Positions 52,381 to 63,107 of a stretch of DNA of 64,000 bases are shown piece by piece. The notes beneath the pieces are model-generated. The model saw nothing but the letters and a program-made list of their open reading frames with translations. It was not told where the DNA came from and searched no databases. The position numbers and the translations under genes are program-made. Source of the DNA: Gammaproteobacteria bacterium. Lineage in GTDB: Bacteria > Pseudomonadota > Gammaproteobacteria > Ga0077536. Location of the stretch: positions 7,737 to 71,736 of the forward strand of contig JAIEQK010000011.1 of NCBI GenBank assembly GCA_019747795.1, in the 5' to 3' direction. Every line of letters starts with the position of its first letter. The stretch's first letter is position 1.

Positions 52381-53151
52381 GGAATTATCCCACCGAAGTT
52401 GCTGACATCTGGTCGAGGCTGGCGGGCGTCCGTGCCGTGCTTCGACCAATCTGAATGATTCACGGCCATTGACGAACGATGGCCGCGTGTAGGGAAGGGA
52501 ACGGCCTGCTTGTGACTTCTGTGGGCCGCAGGCTCGCGCACTTCGCGCGTAATCAGTCGACTAATATCGACGGAGCAACAATTGCGCTTCAACGGTCATT
52601 CTGTGAAATACCTCGCAATTGCAGCGAATCTTCTGCTTCCACCGACTTGACCCTGCTTTGCATCGAGAGACTTGACAGGTAATGTCCCTGCAACGAATGG
52701 CCTGCAACTTTGGCAGATTGCGCGCAGGCGCTGCACTGCGCGACGTGAGGAGAAAGAATCCGCAAGAGATGACCATCCCAAGTTAGAGCGCCGAATTGCA
52801 TATCGCGTGGCGGCGCGCGGCGACGTTTGGCGCAGCGTAAGCGGCGAGCGCACCCATGATGCTAGCCGTCCGGACCGAAACTTAGCTTGAGATGTAACGA
52901 GCCGACCGCCCAATGTGGCCGGCTTTCTTGCGTTCCGGGCACCCTCAGCGGCGCATCGATGGGCAGGTAACGACTTCTGAGTTTCACCGTCGCGAGTCCT
53001 GACGATGCAGGGCTTCACACCAATTGCCATTGATGCGATATTCCGAGCTGGACGACCCTGGCGCGCGATGCTGGCGTTCCCAATGCGCGTGACTAGATAT
53101 TCCCTCATTCCACAAGAGGTGGCTCACGGGTGCGGATCGGTTTGAACGGCC

Positions 53152-53164
53152 ATGATTGAGCATC
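53152..53164 (+). promoter_or_regulatory. Third copy of the ATGATTGAGCATC motif, ~190 nt upstream of the acyltransferase gene, inside an ~890-bp lower-GC intergenic region.
   Basis: Exact 13-mer identity with 4509-4521. Confidence 0.25.
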
Positions 53165-53342
53165 CTCTCGGCATTCTGATGCTAGCGATGGAAGCCACAA
53201 TTGGGGCTCGTCGCGCCTGCGAAGTTACCGGCTGCCCGATCGGTTCTAGGCACCTGGCCCGGGACTACTGCTGAATGCCGCGCACTGCCGCAGTGTTAAC
53301 GTTGCCGCGCCGCGTGGCAACCGGATCTCGCACGCTTCGCTA

Positions 53343-54362
53343 GTGTTCAACGTCGTCCAATGTCTGCGCGGCCTGGCGGCCCTTCTCGTACTGTTTCACC
53401 ACTCCCGGCTCTACATGCCTGCGGCTCCTGAATGGACCAACTTCGGTGCCCGCGGGGTCGACGTGTTCTTTGTCATTAGTGGCTTTGTCATGGCCCACTC
53501 ATTGTCCCAAAGAGATAGCCGCGGATTGGCCGCTGCCACTGATTTCGCCGTTCGTCGCCTATTGCGGGTTGTGCCGTTGTACTGGGTGGCGACTTTTCTC
53601 TTGATTCGCCATGACCTCCTCGCCGGGCGAGTCCCGGAGTGTTTATGGAAAGACCTGCTCTTCATTGCTCACGAGTCGATCCAGTTTCCGGGTCGCATGT
53701 ACCCGGTGCTCGTTCCAGGATGGACGCTAAACTACGAAATGTTCTTCTACGGGCTTCTCGCGGTGGCGCTCTTGTTCACCCGCAACGCTGCGCGGACGAT
53801 AGGTGCGGTCTTGTTGCTAATGACAGGAATAGGCTGGTGTGTGAAGCCACCGAACTCGTCGGTCGCTGGGTTTTACACGTCACCGTTTCTAGTGCTTTTC
53901 GTCGCCGGGATGATTCTGCATGGGGCGCGGTCGCATTTGCCTCGCCTTGGTGCGGGTCCAGCAGCGAGCATCTTGGTCGCTGCACTAATTGTGATGTGTG
54001 CTCCGCTTCCAGGGCCGCGTCTAGTTGCGGTTGGCATTCCGGCGTTAATTGCCGTAGGCGCCGCCGTGCAATTGTCTTCCGTGAGTACGGCTAGCTTCCG
54101 CCTGCCGATCGCGTTGGGTGACGCGTCCTATTCCATTTACCTATTGCAAGGCTTCGGTATCGGGGCAGGGCGGCGACTTATCGAGTTGCTCGGCTTCGCG
54201 CCCGCGCCAAATGGTGCCGGAGCTTGGTTAGCGGCCTTGGTTCTGTGCGTATTCGGCACCCTATGGGGACTCGCCGTATACCGATGGCTGGAGCGACCAG
54301 TTTATCTTTGGAGTATGCGCTGGTGGCGAGACATCTGGTCGCCACGCAATGGCCCGACGTGA
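53343..54362 (+). CDS. Acyltransferase family 3 (membrane O-acetyltransferase, OatA/WecH-like).
   Basis: 'LRGLAALLVLFHHS' N-terminal motif. 10 TM helices. Confidence 0.75.
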   Translation: MFNVVQCLRGLAALLVLFHHSRLYMPAAPEWTNFGARGVDVFFVISGFVMAHSLSQRDSRGLAAATDFAVRRLLRVVPLYWVATFLLIRHDLLAGRVPECLWKDLLFIAHESIQFPGRMYPVLVPGWTLNYEMFFYGLLAVALLFTRNAARTIGAVLLLMTGIGWCVKPPNSSVAGFYTSPFLVLFVAGMILHGARSHLPRLGAGPAASILVAALIVMCAPLPGPRLVAVGIPALIAVGAAVQLSSVSTASFRLPIALGDASYSIYLLQGFGIGAGRRLIELLGFAPAPNGAGAWLAALVLCVFGTLWGLAVYRWLERPVYLWSMRWWRDIWSPRNGPT

Positions 54363-54411
54363 TTGGATGCCTTGTTGGCACGAGTCCGCGCGGCAATACC
54401 CTGTGAATATC

Positions 54412-55584
54412 TCAAGGGCTGGGGGCTGCCGCATGTTGTGCCTCGAGTGTGCTCACGACGCGCGACACGAATGACTCGAAGGACAGAGGGCCGCGGATTC
54501 GGCTCTCGCCGGCCGCGCCCATGAGCGCCGCGCGTTGCGGATTCTGCAGGACGTCTCGCAGGCGGTCAGCCAGTTCCTGCGGCGAGTCACCGCGGAGCCG
54601 GTAACCGGTCTCGCCGTCAAGCACGAGGTCGTCGGCGCTGCCATCGGCATACCCCGATATCACGGGCAAGCGGTGCGCCATCGCTTCGTTGATCGCGAGG
54701 CCGCCGGTCCCCGGCAAGACGAACAGGTCCGCTGCGTCGAAGAATTCGCCGACGTGGTCGATAACCCTGCCGGCGGATGTCCAGTCTTCTCGCCGCGCGT
54801 GGCGCTGCTTGAGTGTCGGCAGGTAAGGACCATCGCCGACTACCATGAAGTGCACATCCATAAGACGCAGCAGATCCAGCGCCGCGAAGATCCGGTCAAG
54901 ATTCTTTTCCTCGAGGATGGCGCCGACGTAGAGGACGATGCGCTTACCTTCGAGCTGCGGCCAGCGGGCGATGAGGCTGCGGCGCGCCGCCTGCCGGTCG
55001 CCCGGCACGATGGCGGTCTCATCGATGGTGTTGTGCATCACCAGCGACTGGTGCGGCGCGGCGCCGAAAGTATGCACGTATTCGCGGGCGTTGCTGTGAT
55101 AGCACAGGTGGAAGTCGAACAAGGGAATGAACCGCCGCAACACCGCGAACTTGAGCCGGCCGGGGTTGTATTCGTAGCCACACTGCCAGGCGATCCGCGC
55201 GCGGCCGCGGCTGCGTGCCCAGTGCAGCAGCAACCATTCCGACAGCGTCCCCGAGTGACACATGGTCATCACCACGCGCGGGTTGACGCGCGAAAGGATG
55301 TCGCGCAGCCCGTGCTGATAGCGAAATGTGAAATTGCGGACGGGGATCTCGGTAAGCCGGAATCGCAGGTGTTCAGATACGACCCGGTCGCGCACCGCGA
55401 CCCTTCCGGTCGTGCCGGGCGCTTCGTGCGCCGAGGCGATGATGAAGCGAATGCCGCGTGCCGCAAGCCGCGCCTCGACGGCGCGCATCGTGGGCACGTG
55501 GTAGTGCATGATGCGGTCGGCGACGAACAGGACGCCGTTGGGGGAGGGTGTAGTGGCGACCGCCGCGGGATTGTGTGAGTTCAT
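54412..55584 (-). CDS. Glycosyltransferase family 4.
   Basis: 'FVLPGTGGLAINEAMAHRLPVISGYADGSADDLVLDGETGY'. Confidence 0.7.
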   Translation of the reverse strand: MNSHNPAAVATTPSPNGVLFVADRIMHYHVPTMRAVEARLAARGIRFIIASAHEAPGTTGRVAVRDRVVSEHLRFRLTEIPVRNFTFRYQHGLRDILSRVNPRVVMTMCHSGTLSEWLLLHWARSRGRARIAWQCGYEYNPGRLKFAVLRRFIPLFDFHLCYHSNAREYVHTFGAAPHQSLVMHNTIDETAIVPGDRQAARRSLIARWPQLEGKRIVLYVGAILEEKNLDRIFAALDLLRLMDVHFMVVGDGPYLPTLKQRHARREDWTSAGRVIDHVGEFFDAADLFVLPGTGGLAINEAMAHRLPVISGYADGSADDLVLDGETGYRLRGDSPQELADRLRDVLQNPQRAALMGAAGESRIRGPLSFESFVSRVVSTLEAQHAAAPSP

Positions 55585-55875
55585 GAATTCGGGCCGATCA
55601 GGGCGTGAAACGACGCGGCTAATGCCGGATTAGAGATTAACATAGGGTAATTGGATGAACTGTGACGTGGTTGTGGCGATGCCGCCGCCGACGCATGCCG
55701 CCGGCGGCGGCTCGGGCGTGTGCGCGTCACAGGAGGCTGCCCGTGCACGCGGTTGCAGGGTGGAACGATGACGCCGAACAGCGCTGTCGAGCGGCGCGAC
55801 TCAGCCCCGGACATGGTGATAGCACGAGGAAACCGCGTGGCTCCGCAGCCTGGTGAACGCGACCGCGAACTTGTA

Positions 55876-56628
55876 ATGAGCAGCTGGATCGACGTCGTCG
55901 ATTGGGAGCAAGCCACGAGTCGCATCCTGGCGTGGGCGGAGGCGCGCGAGCAGCGCACCGTCTGTCTGTGCAATGTCCATTCGGTGGTCACCGCGGATGC
56001 CGACCCGGCGCTGCGCGACGCGATCAACTCGGCCGATCTCGCGGCGCCCGACGGACATCCCGTGGCCTGGCTGCTGGGACGGCGGCGACGACGTCCGCAG
56101 CCGCGCGTCAACGGGCCGGACCTCACCGTGAAACTATGCCAGCTGGCCGCCGCGCGCGACCTGCCCATCGCCTTCTACGGCAGCACCGAGGACAGCCTCG
56201 CGCGGTTGCGTGAGGCCCTCGCCAGCCAATTCCCGCGGCTGCGGGTGGTTGCGACCATCTCGCCGCCGTTTCGGGCATTAAGCGCGTCGGAACTGGACGC
56301 ATACGGCGCGCAGCTGGCGGGCTCTGGCGCCGCCCTCGTGTTCATCGGACTTGGCTGCCCCAAGCAGGAGATCTGGATGGCGGCCAATCGCGCCAAGGTC
56401 GGGGCTGTGCTGCTCGGCGTCGGCGCGGCCTTCGAGTTCCTGGCGGGCACGGTACGCCGGCCGCCGGTGTGGATGCGGCGTCTCGGTCTTGAGTGGTTGG
56501 GACGACTACTTGCCGAACCGCGGCGACTGTGGCGTAGGTACTTGGTCACAAACACGCTGTATATTGCCTATCTCGCTCGCGAATTCCTCTTCAAGAAGCG
56601 GCCGCACGGCCCCAATCGGGATGTTTGA
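55876..56628 (+). CDS. WecB/TagA/CpsF-family glycosyltransferase (GT26).
   Basis: 'LCNVHSVVTADADPALRDAINSADLAAPDGHPV...VFIGLGCPKQEIWMAAN'. Confidence 0.75.
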   Translation: MSSWIDVVDWEQATSRILAWAEAREQRTVCLCNVHSVVTADADPALRDAINSADLAAPDGHPVAWLLGRRRRRPQPRVNGPDLTVKLCQLAAARDLPIAFYGSTEDSLARLREALASQFPRLRVVATISPPFRALSASELDAYGAQLAGSGAALVFIGLGCPKQEIWMAANRAKVGAVLLGVGAAFEFLAGTVRRPPVWMRRLGLEWLGRLLAEPRRLWRRYLVTNTLYIAYLAREFLFKKRPHGPNRDV

Positions 56629-56631
56629 CGG

Positions 56632-58236
56632 ATGGACCAGGCAATGGCCGGCACACTTTCGCCTGATGAGGCACCCGCCGAACGCTGGCATTTCGGCATG
56701 CGCGCCCTACTGGCGGCCGCGCTCGCGCTAGGCCTGCTCGGCTTTTTGTTCCGCGACGGCATCGCGGAGCTCCTGCACCTTTGGGAAACCAAGGAGGAAT
56801 ACAGCCACGCCTATCTCCTGCCGGCCCTCAGCCTGTTCCTGTTCTGGCAGAAAAAGAACGAGCTGCTCGCCCGGCCGTGGCGCGGGTCTTGGGCGGCGGT
56901 GGGCTTGTGTGCGGCCGGTCTGCTGGTGTTCTTCGTCGGCCAACTGAGCGCGATCTTCGCCGTCATTCACTATGCGCTGTTTATCACTGCCGCCGGCGTT
57001 GTGCTGGCGTACGCAGGTACGCGCAACCTGCGTTACCTGTGGGCCGGACTGGTGCTGCTGCTGTTCACCGTGCCGTTTCCGCAGTTCCTCTACCAGGCGA
57101 TGTCGACCAAGCTGCAGCTGCTGTCCTCGGAACTCGGCGTGGCGGTCATTCGGGCGCTCGGGGTCAGCGTCTACCTCGAAGGCAATGTCATCGATCTCGG
57201 CAGCTTCAAGCTGCAGGTGATCGAAGCCTGTAACGGCCTGCGCTATCTCTTCCCCCTGGCGAGTTTCGGCTTCCTCTGTGCATACCTGTATCGTGGCCCG
57301 TTCTGGCACAAGGTGGTGATCTTCGTCTCGGTGGCACCCATCACGGTGTTCATGAACAGCCTGCGCATCGGCATCATCGGCATCACCGTCGAACGCTGGG
57401 GACAGGCCATGGCGGAAGGCTTCCTGCATGATTTCGAGGGCTGGGCCATCTTCATGGCCTGCCTAGCTGTGCTGTTCGCCGAAATCGCGATCCTTTCGCG
57501 CCTGCAGCGTCCACCGGCCAGTTTCAGCGACTCCTTCTTCGTAGAAATTCCAGCACCCACTCCGCCGGGCGCGCGTGCCCACGACCAGCCGCTGCCGGCG
57601 TCGTTCCTCGCCTGCCTGGTGCTGGTGTCGGTGTCCTGCGTGGTTTCGCTCGTGGTCGGAAACCGGCCGGAGATCACCCCACCGCGCAGCGACTTCGAGG
57701 AATTCCCACTGCAGGTGGGCGAGTGGGTCGGCAAGCGCGAAATGCTGGACAAGATCTATATCGACGCGCTCAAGTTCACCGACTATGCGCTGATCAATTT
57801 TCGCCGCGACGACAATGCGGCGCCGGTCAATTTCTACGTGGCCTATTACGGCTCACAGCGTGCCGGCGAGTCGGCGCACTCCCCGCGGTCCTGCATTCCG
57901 GGCGGTGGCTGGAAGATCGAGGGCCTGGACACGCTCGAAGTCCCGCTCAGCGCGGCGGGTGTGCCACTGCGCGTCAACCGGGTGGAAATCGGCATGGGTG
58001 ACAATCGGCAGCTAGTCTATTACTGGTTCCAGCAGCGCGGGCGGGTGATCACCAATGAATACCTGGTCAAGTGGTATCTGCTGTGGGACGCCCTCACGCG
58101 CGACCGCTCGGATGGTGCGCTGGTGCGCTTGACTACCATGGTGCCCGCCGGCGCCGAATTCAGTGTTGGTGACAAGATCCTGCAGGATTTCATCGCCTCC
58201 CTCGGCGACAAACTCGATGCTTTCGTTCCCCGCTGA
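56632..58236 (+). CDS. xrtA: Exosortase A (XrtA/EpsH) fused to an EpsI-like C-terminal periplasmic domain.
   Basis: 8-TM exosortase core with catalytic 'VIEACNGLRYLFPL', 'FMNSLRIGIIGI' and the His region 'GFLHDFEGWAIF'. ~200-aa C-terminal extension '...NFYVAYYGSQRAGESAHSPRSCIPGGGWKIEG...'. Confidence 0.8.
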   Translation: MDQAMAGTLSPDEAPAERWHFGMRALLAAALALGLLGFLFRDGIAELLHLWETKEEYSHAYLLPALSLFLFWQKKNELLARPWRGSWAAVGLCAAGLLVFFVGQLSAIFAVIHYALFITAAGVVLAYAGTRNLRYLWAGLVLLLFTVPFPQFLYQAMSTKLQLLSSELGVAVIRALGVSVYLEGNVIDLGSFKLQVIEACNGLRYLFPLASFGFLCAYLYRGPFWHKVVIFVSVAPITVFMNSLRIGIIGITVERWGQAMAEGFLHDFEGWAIFMACLAVLFAEIAILSRLQRPPASFSDSFFVEIPAPTPPGARAHDQPLPASFLACLVLVSVSCVVSLVVGNRPEITPPRSDFEEFPLQVGEWVGKREMLDKIYIDALKFTDYALINFRRDDNAAPVNFYVAYYGSQRAGESAHSPRSCIPGGGWKIEGLDTLEVPLSAAGVPLRVNRVEIGMGDNRQLVYYWFQQRGRVITNEYLVKWYLLWDALTRDRSDGALVRLTTMVPAGAEFSVGDKILQDFIASLGDKLDAFVPR

Positions 58237-58260
58237 CATCTGGCCTGTGTCGTCTCGTCT

Positions 58261-59886
58261 GTGAATACCACCCTCTTCCTGCTGCTTACCATCGCGGTGC
58301 CGACGAGCATGCTCGTCATTCCGCTGGCCTGGCGACTCGCGCCGATGTTGAACATGGTCGACGAGCCAGACGACAGCCGCAAGGTGCACTCGATCCCGAT
58401 ACCGCGCATTGGCGGCTGGGGAATCGTGGCCGGCAGCCTGCTGCCGATAGTGCTGATGTGGCACTTCGACGACGTGACCCGCGCTTACGTGCTGGGCAGC
58501 ATCGTGCTGTTCTTGTTCGGCGCCTGGGACGATGCGCGACAGCTGAGTCACTGGGTGAAGTTCGTGGGCCAGGCGCTCGCGGCCGGCGCGGTGGTGTTCC
58601 TCGGCGGGCTGTACGTCTCTCACTGGCCGTTCGTGGACGATGCCATGCCCGAGCCGCTGGCGAAGGGACTGACGGTGGTGGCGCTCATGGGTACTATCAA
58701 CGCGATCAACCATTCGGACGGACTCGACGGGCTAGCGGGCGGCGAGACGATCCTAAGCCTCATCGCCTTTGCCTATCTCGGCTACCTTAGTGGCGATGAC
58801 GTGACCGTGGGCCTAGCGATGGCCACCATGGGCGGCATTCTCGGGTTCCTGCGCTATAACACCCATCCTGCGCGCGTCTTCATGGGAGATGGCGGCAGTC
58901 AGTTCCTGGGCTTCACGCTCGGCTTCCTCGCCATCCAGTTGACCCAGGTCGGCATGCCGACGCTGTCTACAGCCTCACCGCTGTTGCTGCTCGGCTTGCC
59001 GATCTCGGACATCCTAGTCGTGCTGTACAAGCGCGCCACGGGCGGCATGAACTGGTTCAAGGCCACGCGCAACCATGTCCATCATCGCCTGCTCGACCTG
59101 GGGCTCGATCACTACGAAACGGTCGTGCTCATCTACTCCGTGCAGGCACTGTTGGTGACGCTAGCGGTCTTGCTGCGGTTCGAATCCGATTTCCTCGTTG
59201 CCGGCAGCTACCTATTTTTGATTAGTGGGCTGTTCCTCGGACTGGGCACCGCAGAGGCGCGCGGCTGGCGTAGGCGATCACTAGGACCCTCGCTGATCGC
59301 GCGCGAGATTTCGCGCCTGCGCTCGGACGGACGACTCCGCGGCGTGCCCTACAAAGCCATCACTGCCTTGTTGCCATTGTGTATGATCGGCGGCGCCACG
59401 CTCGCCGGGACGGTGCCGCGCGATTTCGGCGTAGTGGCCGGCGTACTCGCGCTGATCATGGTTGCCCACCTCGGATTCACCCGCTCCACCGATTCCGTGA
59501 TCATTCGTCTCGTAGTGTACGTCGCGGCGATTTTTTCGAGCTACCTGTTTGTGCGGTTTCAGCCCGGAGGTGACATCACCGGCGCGGCGGCGGTAGGTGT
59601 CGTGCTGGTGCTGGCCTGCGCCGTGGCGATTTTTATCCGCTACACGTCTGACGTCCGGTTCGGCGCCACGCCGACCGACTACCTGCTCGTGTTCGGCGTT
59701 ATGGCCCTGGTGATATTTGGCGGCATCGACATACGGGCGCGTGGCACAGTGCAGACGGTCATGTTCGCCATCGTCATGCTCTACGCCTGCGAGGCGGTGC
59801 TGGGTGTGGCCAATGCACGCTGGAATACCATTAACGTTTCCACCACGGTGTGTATGTTGATCCTGGCCCTGCGTGGCCTGGCGTAA
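58261..59886 (+). CDS. Polyprenyl-phosphate N-acetylhexosamine-1-phosphate transferase (MraY/WecA/WbpL family) with a C-terminal membrane extension. Probable initiating enzyme.
   Basis: 'INAINHSDGLDGLAGG' and 'VFMGDGGSQFLGF' motifs. 541 aa. Confidence 0.7.
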   Translation: MNTTLFLLLTIAVPTSMLVIPLAWRLAPMLNMVDEPDDSRKVHSIPIPRIGGWGIVAGSLLPIVLMWHFDDVTRAYVLGSIVLFLFGAWDDARQLSHWVKFVGQALAAGAVVFLGGLYVSHWPFVDDAMPEPLAKGLTVVALMGTINAINHSDGLDGLAGGETILSLIAFAYLGYLSGDDVTVGLAMATMGGILGFLRYNTHPARVFMGDGGSQFLGFTLGFLAIQLTQVGMPTLSTASPLLLLGLPISDILVVLYKRATGGMNWFKATRNHVHHRLLDLGLDHYETVVLIYSVQALLVTLAVLLRFESDFLVAGSYLFLISGLFLGLGTAEARGWRRRSLGPSLIAREISRLRSDGRLRGVPYKAITALLPLCMIGGATLAGTVPRDFGVVAGVLALIMVAHLGFTRSTDSVIIRLVVYVAAIFSSYLFVRFQPGGDITGAAAVGVVLVLACAVAIFIRYTSDVRFGATPTDYLLVFGVMALVIFGGIDIRARGTVQTVMFAIVMLYACEAVLGVANARWNTINVSTTVCMLILALRGLA

Positions 59887-59917
59887 CGAATCTCTCATCT
59901 ATTGAGTCGACATTGCT

Positions 59918-61009
59918 ATGAGTAAGAAAATCGCGCTGATCACGGGTGTGACCGGGCAGGATGGAGCCTATCTCACCGAGTTCCTGCTCAAGAAGGGCTA
60001 CGAGGTGCATGGGCTGAAGCGGCGCGCGTCCAGCTTCAATACCGGTCGCGTCGATCACCTGTACCAGGATCCGCACGTGGAGCGGCGTAACTTCATTCTG
60101 CACTATGGCGATCTCACCGATTCGACCAACCTCATCCGAATCGTGCAGCAAGTACAGCCGGACGAGATCTACAACCTGGCAGCGCAGAGCCACGTAGCTG
60201 TGTCGTTCGAGACGCCAGAATACACGGCCAACGCGGATGCCGTAGGCACCCTGCGCTTGCTTGAGGCGATTCGAATCCTCGGACTGGAGAAGAAGACACG
60301 CTTCTACCAAGCGTCGACCAGTGAGATGTTCGGCAAGGTGCAGGAGATTCCGCAGCGTGAGACTACGCCGTTTTACCCTCGTAGCCCCTATGGCGCGGCT
60401 AAGGTTTACGCCTATTGGATTTGCGTGAACTATCGAGAGGCCTATGGCATGTTCTGTTGCAATGGCATCCTCTTCAATCATGAATCGCCGATACGTGGCG
60501 AGACATTCGTGACGCGCAAAATCAGCCGGGCGGTGGCGCGTATCAGTCTGGGTCTTCAGGCTTGCCTTTACCTCGGAAATCTCGATGCGCTCCGTGACTG
60601 GGGCCACGCGCGTGACTACGTGCAGGCAATGTGGCTGATGCTGCAACAGGATGAGCCGGATGACTTCGTTGTTGCTACTGGTCGGCAGATTTCTGTGCGG
60701 GAGTTCGTAACGCTCGCGTTCGCCGAAGTTGGGGTCAGTATCGATTGGACAGGCAGCGGACTTAACGAGCAAGGCGTTGAACGGGGCAGTGGGCGCGTTC
60801 TGGTTGCGGTTGATCCGAGGTATTTCCGCCCGACCGAAGTCGAAACCTTGCTTGGAGATCCTAGCAAGGCGCGCAGCAAACTAGGCTGGGAGGCGACAAC
60901 GTCCATCGAGGAACTCGTGAGGGAGATGGTGCGCGAGGATCGTCGAGACGCCGAGAAGGACGAGTTGTGCAAACGTGAAGGTTATCGGGTATTCGACTAT
61001 TTCGAATGA
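59918..61009 (+). CDS. gmd: GDP-mannose 4,6-dehydratase.
   Basis: '[29 protein letters not shown]', '[22 protein letters not shown]'. Confidence 0.9.
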   Translation: MSKKIALITGVTGQDGAYLTEFLLKKGYEVHGLKRRASSFNTGRVDHLYQDPHVERRNFILHYGDLTDSTNLIRIVQQVQPDEIYNLAAQSHVAVSFETPEYTANADAVGTLRLLEAIRILGLEKKTRFYQASTSEMFGKVQEIPQRETTPFYPRSPYGAAKVYAYWICVNYREAYGMFCCNGILFNHESPIRGETFVTRKISRAVARISLGLQACLYLGNLDALRDWGHARDYVQAMWLMLQQDEPDDFVVATGRQISVREFVTLAFAEVGVSIDWTGSGLNEQGVERGSGRVLVAVDPRYFRPTEVETLLGDPSKARSKLGWEATTSIEELVREMVREDRRDAEKDELCKREGYRVFDYFE

Positions 61010-61040
61010 GCCGCAATTCGAAAGCGTTGGAAGACATGAA

Positions 61041-61982
61041 ATGAACACATCGGCCAAAGTATTTGTGGCGGGTGCCCGCGGTATGGTGGGCTCGGCGATC
61101 GTTCGTGCCCTTGAGCGGCATGGCTACACGCACATCCTTACACCCTCGCGCGAGCAAGTAGACCTAAAGAATCAGAGCGCTCTGGACGCGTTCTACGCGG
61201 CGGAGAAACCTGACTTAGTCTTTGTCGCAGCGGCCAAAGTTGGTGGCATCCTCGCGAACAGCAGTTTCCCTGCGGATTTTCTCTACGACAACCTGATCAT
61301 GGAGTGCAATCTCATCCATGGTGCCTATCGCCACGGTGTCAAGAAGTTGCTCTTCCTGGGTAGCACCTGCATCTACCCGAAGCTGGCCGCACAGCCACTC
61401 AAGGAGGAGTATCTGCTGTCCGGACCGCTGGAACCGACCAATGAATGGTACGCGGTGGCCAAGATTGCTGGGATCAAGCTCTGCGAGGCCTATCGGCGGC
61501 AGTTTGGCGCCAATTTCATTTCTGGCATGCCCACGAATCTTTATGGCCCCAACGACAATTTCGATTTGTCGTCCTCACATGTGCTGCCTGCCTTGATTCG
61601 GAAGTTTGACAGCGCGCTTAGGCAGGACGCCGATGAAGTCGTGGTATGGGGGTCCGGCACTCCGTTGCGGGAGTTTCTCCACGTCGACGATTGCGCAGAT
61701 GCGTGTTTGTACTTGATGGACCATTACGACGAAGCAGAGCACGTCAATATCGGGGTGGGGGAGGACCTGACCATTCGGGAACTCGCCGAGTTGGTGGGCC
61801 GGGTGGTTGGTTTTGTCGGTCGAATTGTGTTCGACCCGTCGAAACCCGACGGGACCCCGCGCAAGCTGGTCGATACTACCCGAATCAATTCGTTGGGTTG
61901 GCGCCCGAGAATCGCTTTGGAAGAGGGTATCCGCTCCACCTACGCTTGGTACCTGGCAAACGTGCCCCGTCACGATGACTAG
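61041..61982 (+). CDS. fcl: GDP-L-fucose synthase (GDP-4-keto-6-deoxymannose 3,5-epimerase/4-reductase).
   Basis: 'KVFVAGARGMVGSAIVRAL', 'YAVAKIAGIKLCEAYRRQFG'. Confidence 0.9.
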   Translation: MNTSAKVFVAGARGMVGSAIVRALERHGYTHILTPSREQVDLKNQSALDAFYAAEKPDLVFVAAAKVGGILANSSFPADFLYDNLIMECNLIHGAYRHGVKKLLFLGSTCIYPKLAAQPLKEEYLLSGPLEPTNEWYAVAKIAGIKLCEAYRRQFGANFISGMPTNLYGPNDNFDLSSSHVLPALIRKFDSALRQDADEVVVWGSGTPLREFLHVDDCADACLYLMDHYDEAEHVNIGVGEDLTIRELAELVGRVVGFVGRIVFDPSKPDGTPRKLVDTTRINSLGWRPRIALEEGIRSTYAWYLANVPRHDD

Positions 61983-62540
61983 CCGCCTACCGCGGGCATA
62001 GGGCCGCAGCCGTTTCCCCAGCAGCGCGATGCCGTCGCCGCTGTAGGGACGGTTCCGCGGTCAGTCGGTGCGTGAAAAAGCAAAGGTGTCTCTTCCAGGC
62101 GACACGTTTGACGACTGACCCGACGAGCTACGCCCGATGGCGCACGGCGAGCGTGCGCTATCGGCTGATCTGGTGGCACGTCAACGGCCAGGAGTTAGAG
62201 GGGTTGTTGATGACCGCAGACATAGATCGTAACGAATTGTGAACGCCGGGCGCTCACGATAGTAGAGCCGACCGGGGTGCCTTTGCGAATCAATCTGTTG
62301 GATCCAGGCTCCCGGCTTGCGCGGCAGCTCCGAACAAAACTTGAATTTCTTTCCCCACCCGTTTTGGCTACTAGGTCTCAAATCCTCTTCTTGTCGCCGA
62401 TTGTTGCTAAACAGAATGGCCCGGCCATTGCTATATTCCTGCCAGGCAAGACGGGTGCTGCAGTGCACACGTTTAGCTGAACCGCGGACCAGGACGAGCC
62501 CGCGCTGTGTTTTGGCAGAGACGATGGTAAGGAAGAAGAT

Positions 62541-62996
62541 ATGAAGCTCTTGAAAAACTACTCGATGATCAGTGCGCTGCTCGTGCTGCTGACCCTCAGC
62601 GTGGCCTCCCAGGCTCAGGTTGTGGACAGCGGCTTCAGGGCTGGTAGCTGGGCGGACTTCGGCGAAATCACGCTGGCCGCTGGCGACTATACCCTCGAGC
62701 TGTCGGCGATTGGCTCGGGTGTGCCGCTGTTGTTCGGCCTCATCGGTCAGGACGTGGCGGAAGCCTACCAGGTGGTCCTCGGTGATCTGCCAGGTACGGT
62801 TTCCAAAACGTTTACCACCGTTGGTGGCACGTTCGACTGGCTGGTTGGCGGTCCTGGCCCGTTCACCGTGTTCACCGCTTCGGTGAACAAGGTCGAGCCG
62901 ATCCCGCTGCCCTCTTCGGTCATCATGCTGGGCTCGGCGCTTGCCGCCATGGTCAGCATCGGCCGTCGTGGCATGAGCCGTCGCGCCCGCGCGTAA
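62541..62996 (+). CDS. Small PEP-CTERM-type exosortase substrate.
   Basis: Signal peptide MKLLKNYSMISALLVLLTLSVASQA. C-terminus 'VEPIPLPSSVIMLGSALAAMVSIGRRGMSRRARA*'. Confidence 0.55.
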   Translation: MKLLKNYSMISALLVLLTLSVASQAQVVDSGFRAGSWADFGEITLAAGDYTLELSAIGSGVPLLFGLIGQDVAEAYQVVLGDLPGTVSKTFTTVGGTFDWLVGGPGPFTVFTASVNKVEPIPLPSSVIMLGSALAAMVSIGRRGMSRRARA

Positions 62997-63021
62997 GCGT
63001 TGGGTTGACGTCTTGATTCGG

Positions 63022-63047
63022 TGCCGGCCGCCTTACGGCGGTCGGCA
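63022..63047 (+). terminator. GC-rich imperfect hairpin downstream of the PEP-CTERM gene. Weak terminator candidate, with no U-tract.
   Basis: GCCGGCCGCC-ttac-GGCGGTCGGC, with one mismatch. Confidence 0.2.
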
Positions 63048-63107
63048 TCGGGTCTCCCGGAGGGCCGCAACGGCGCTCCTTCCCGCACTCTCCCCCCTCA
63101 AGCTCCC

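Noticed and set aside
52381-52449. N-terminal 23-codon extension of the beta-helix protein (track start 52449)
   Set aside because: The internal Met at 52380 immediately precedes a canonical signal peptide. The upstream extension starts at a non-ATG codon and lacks an RBS.
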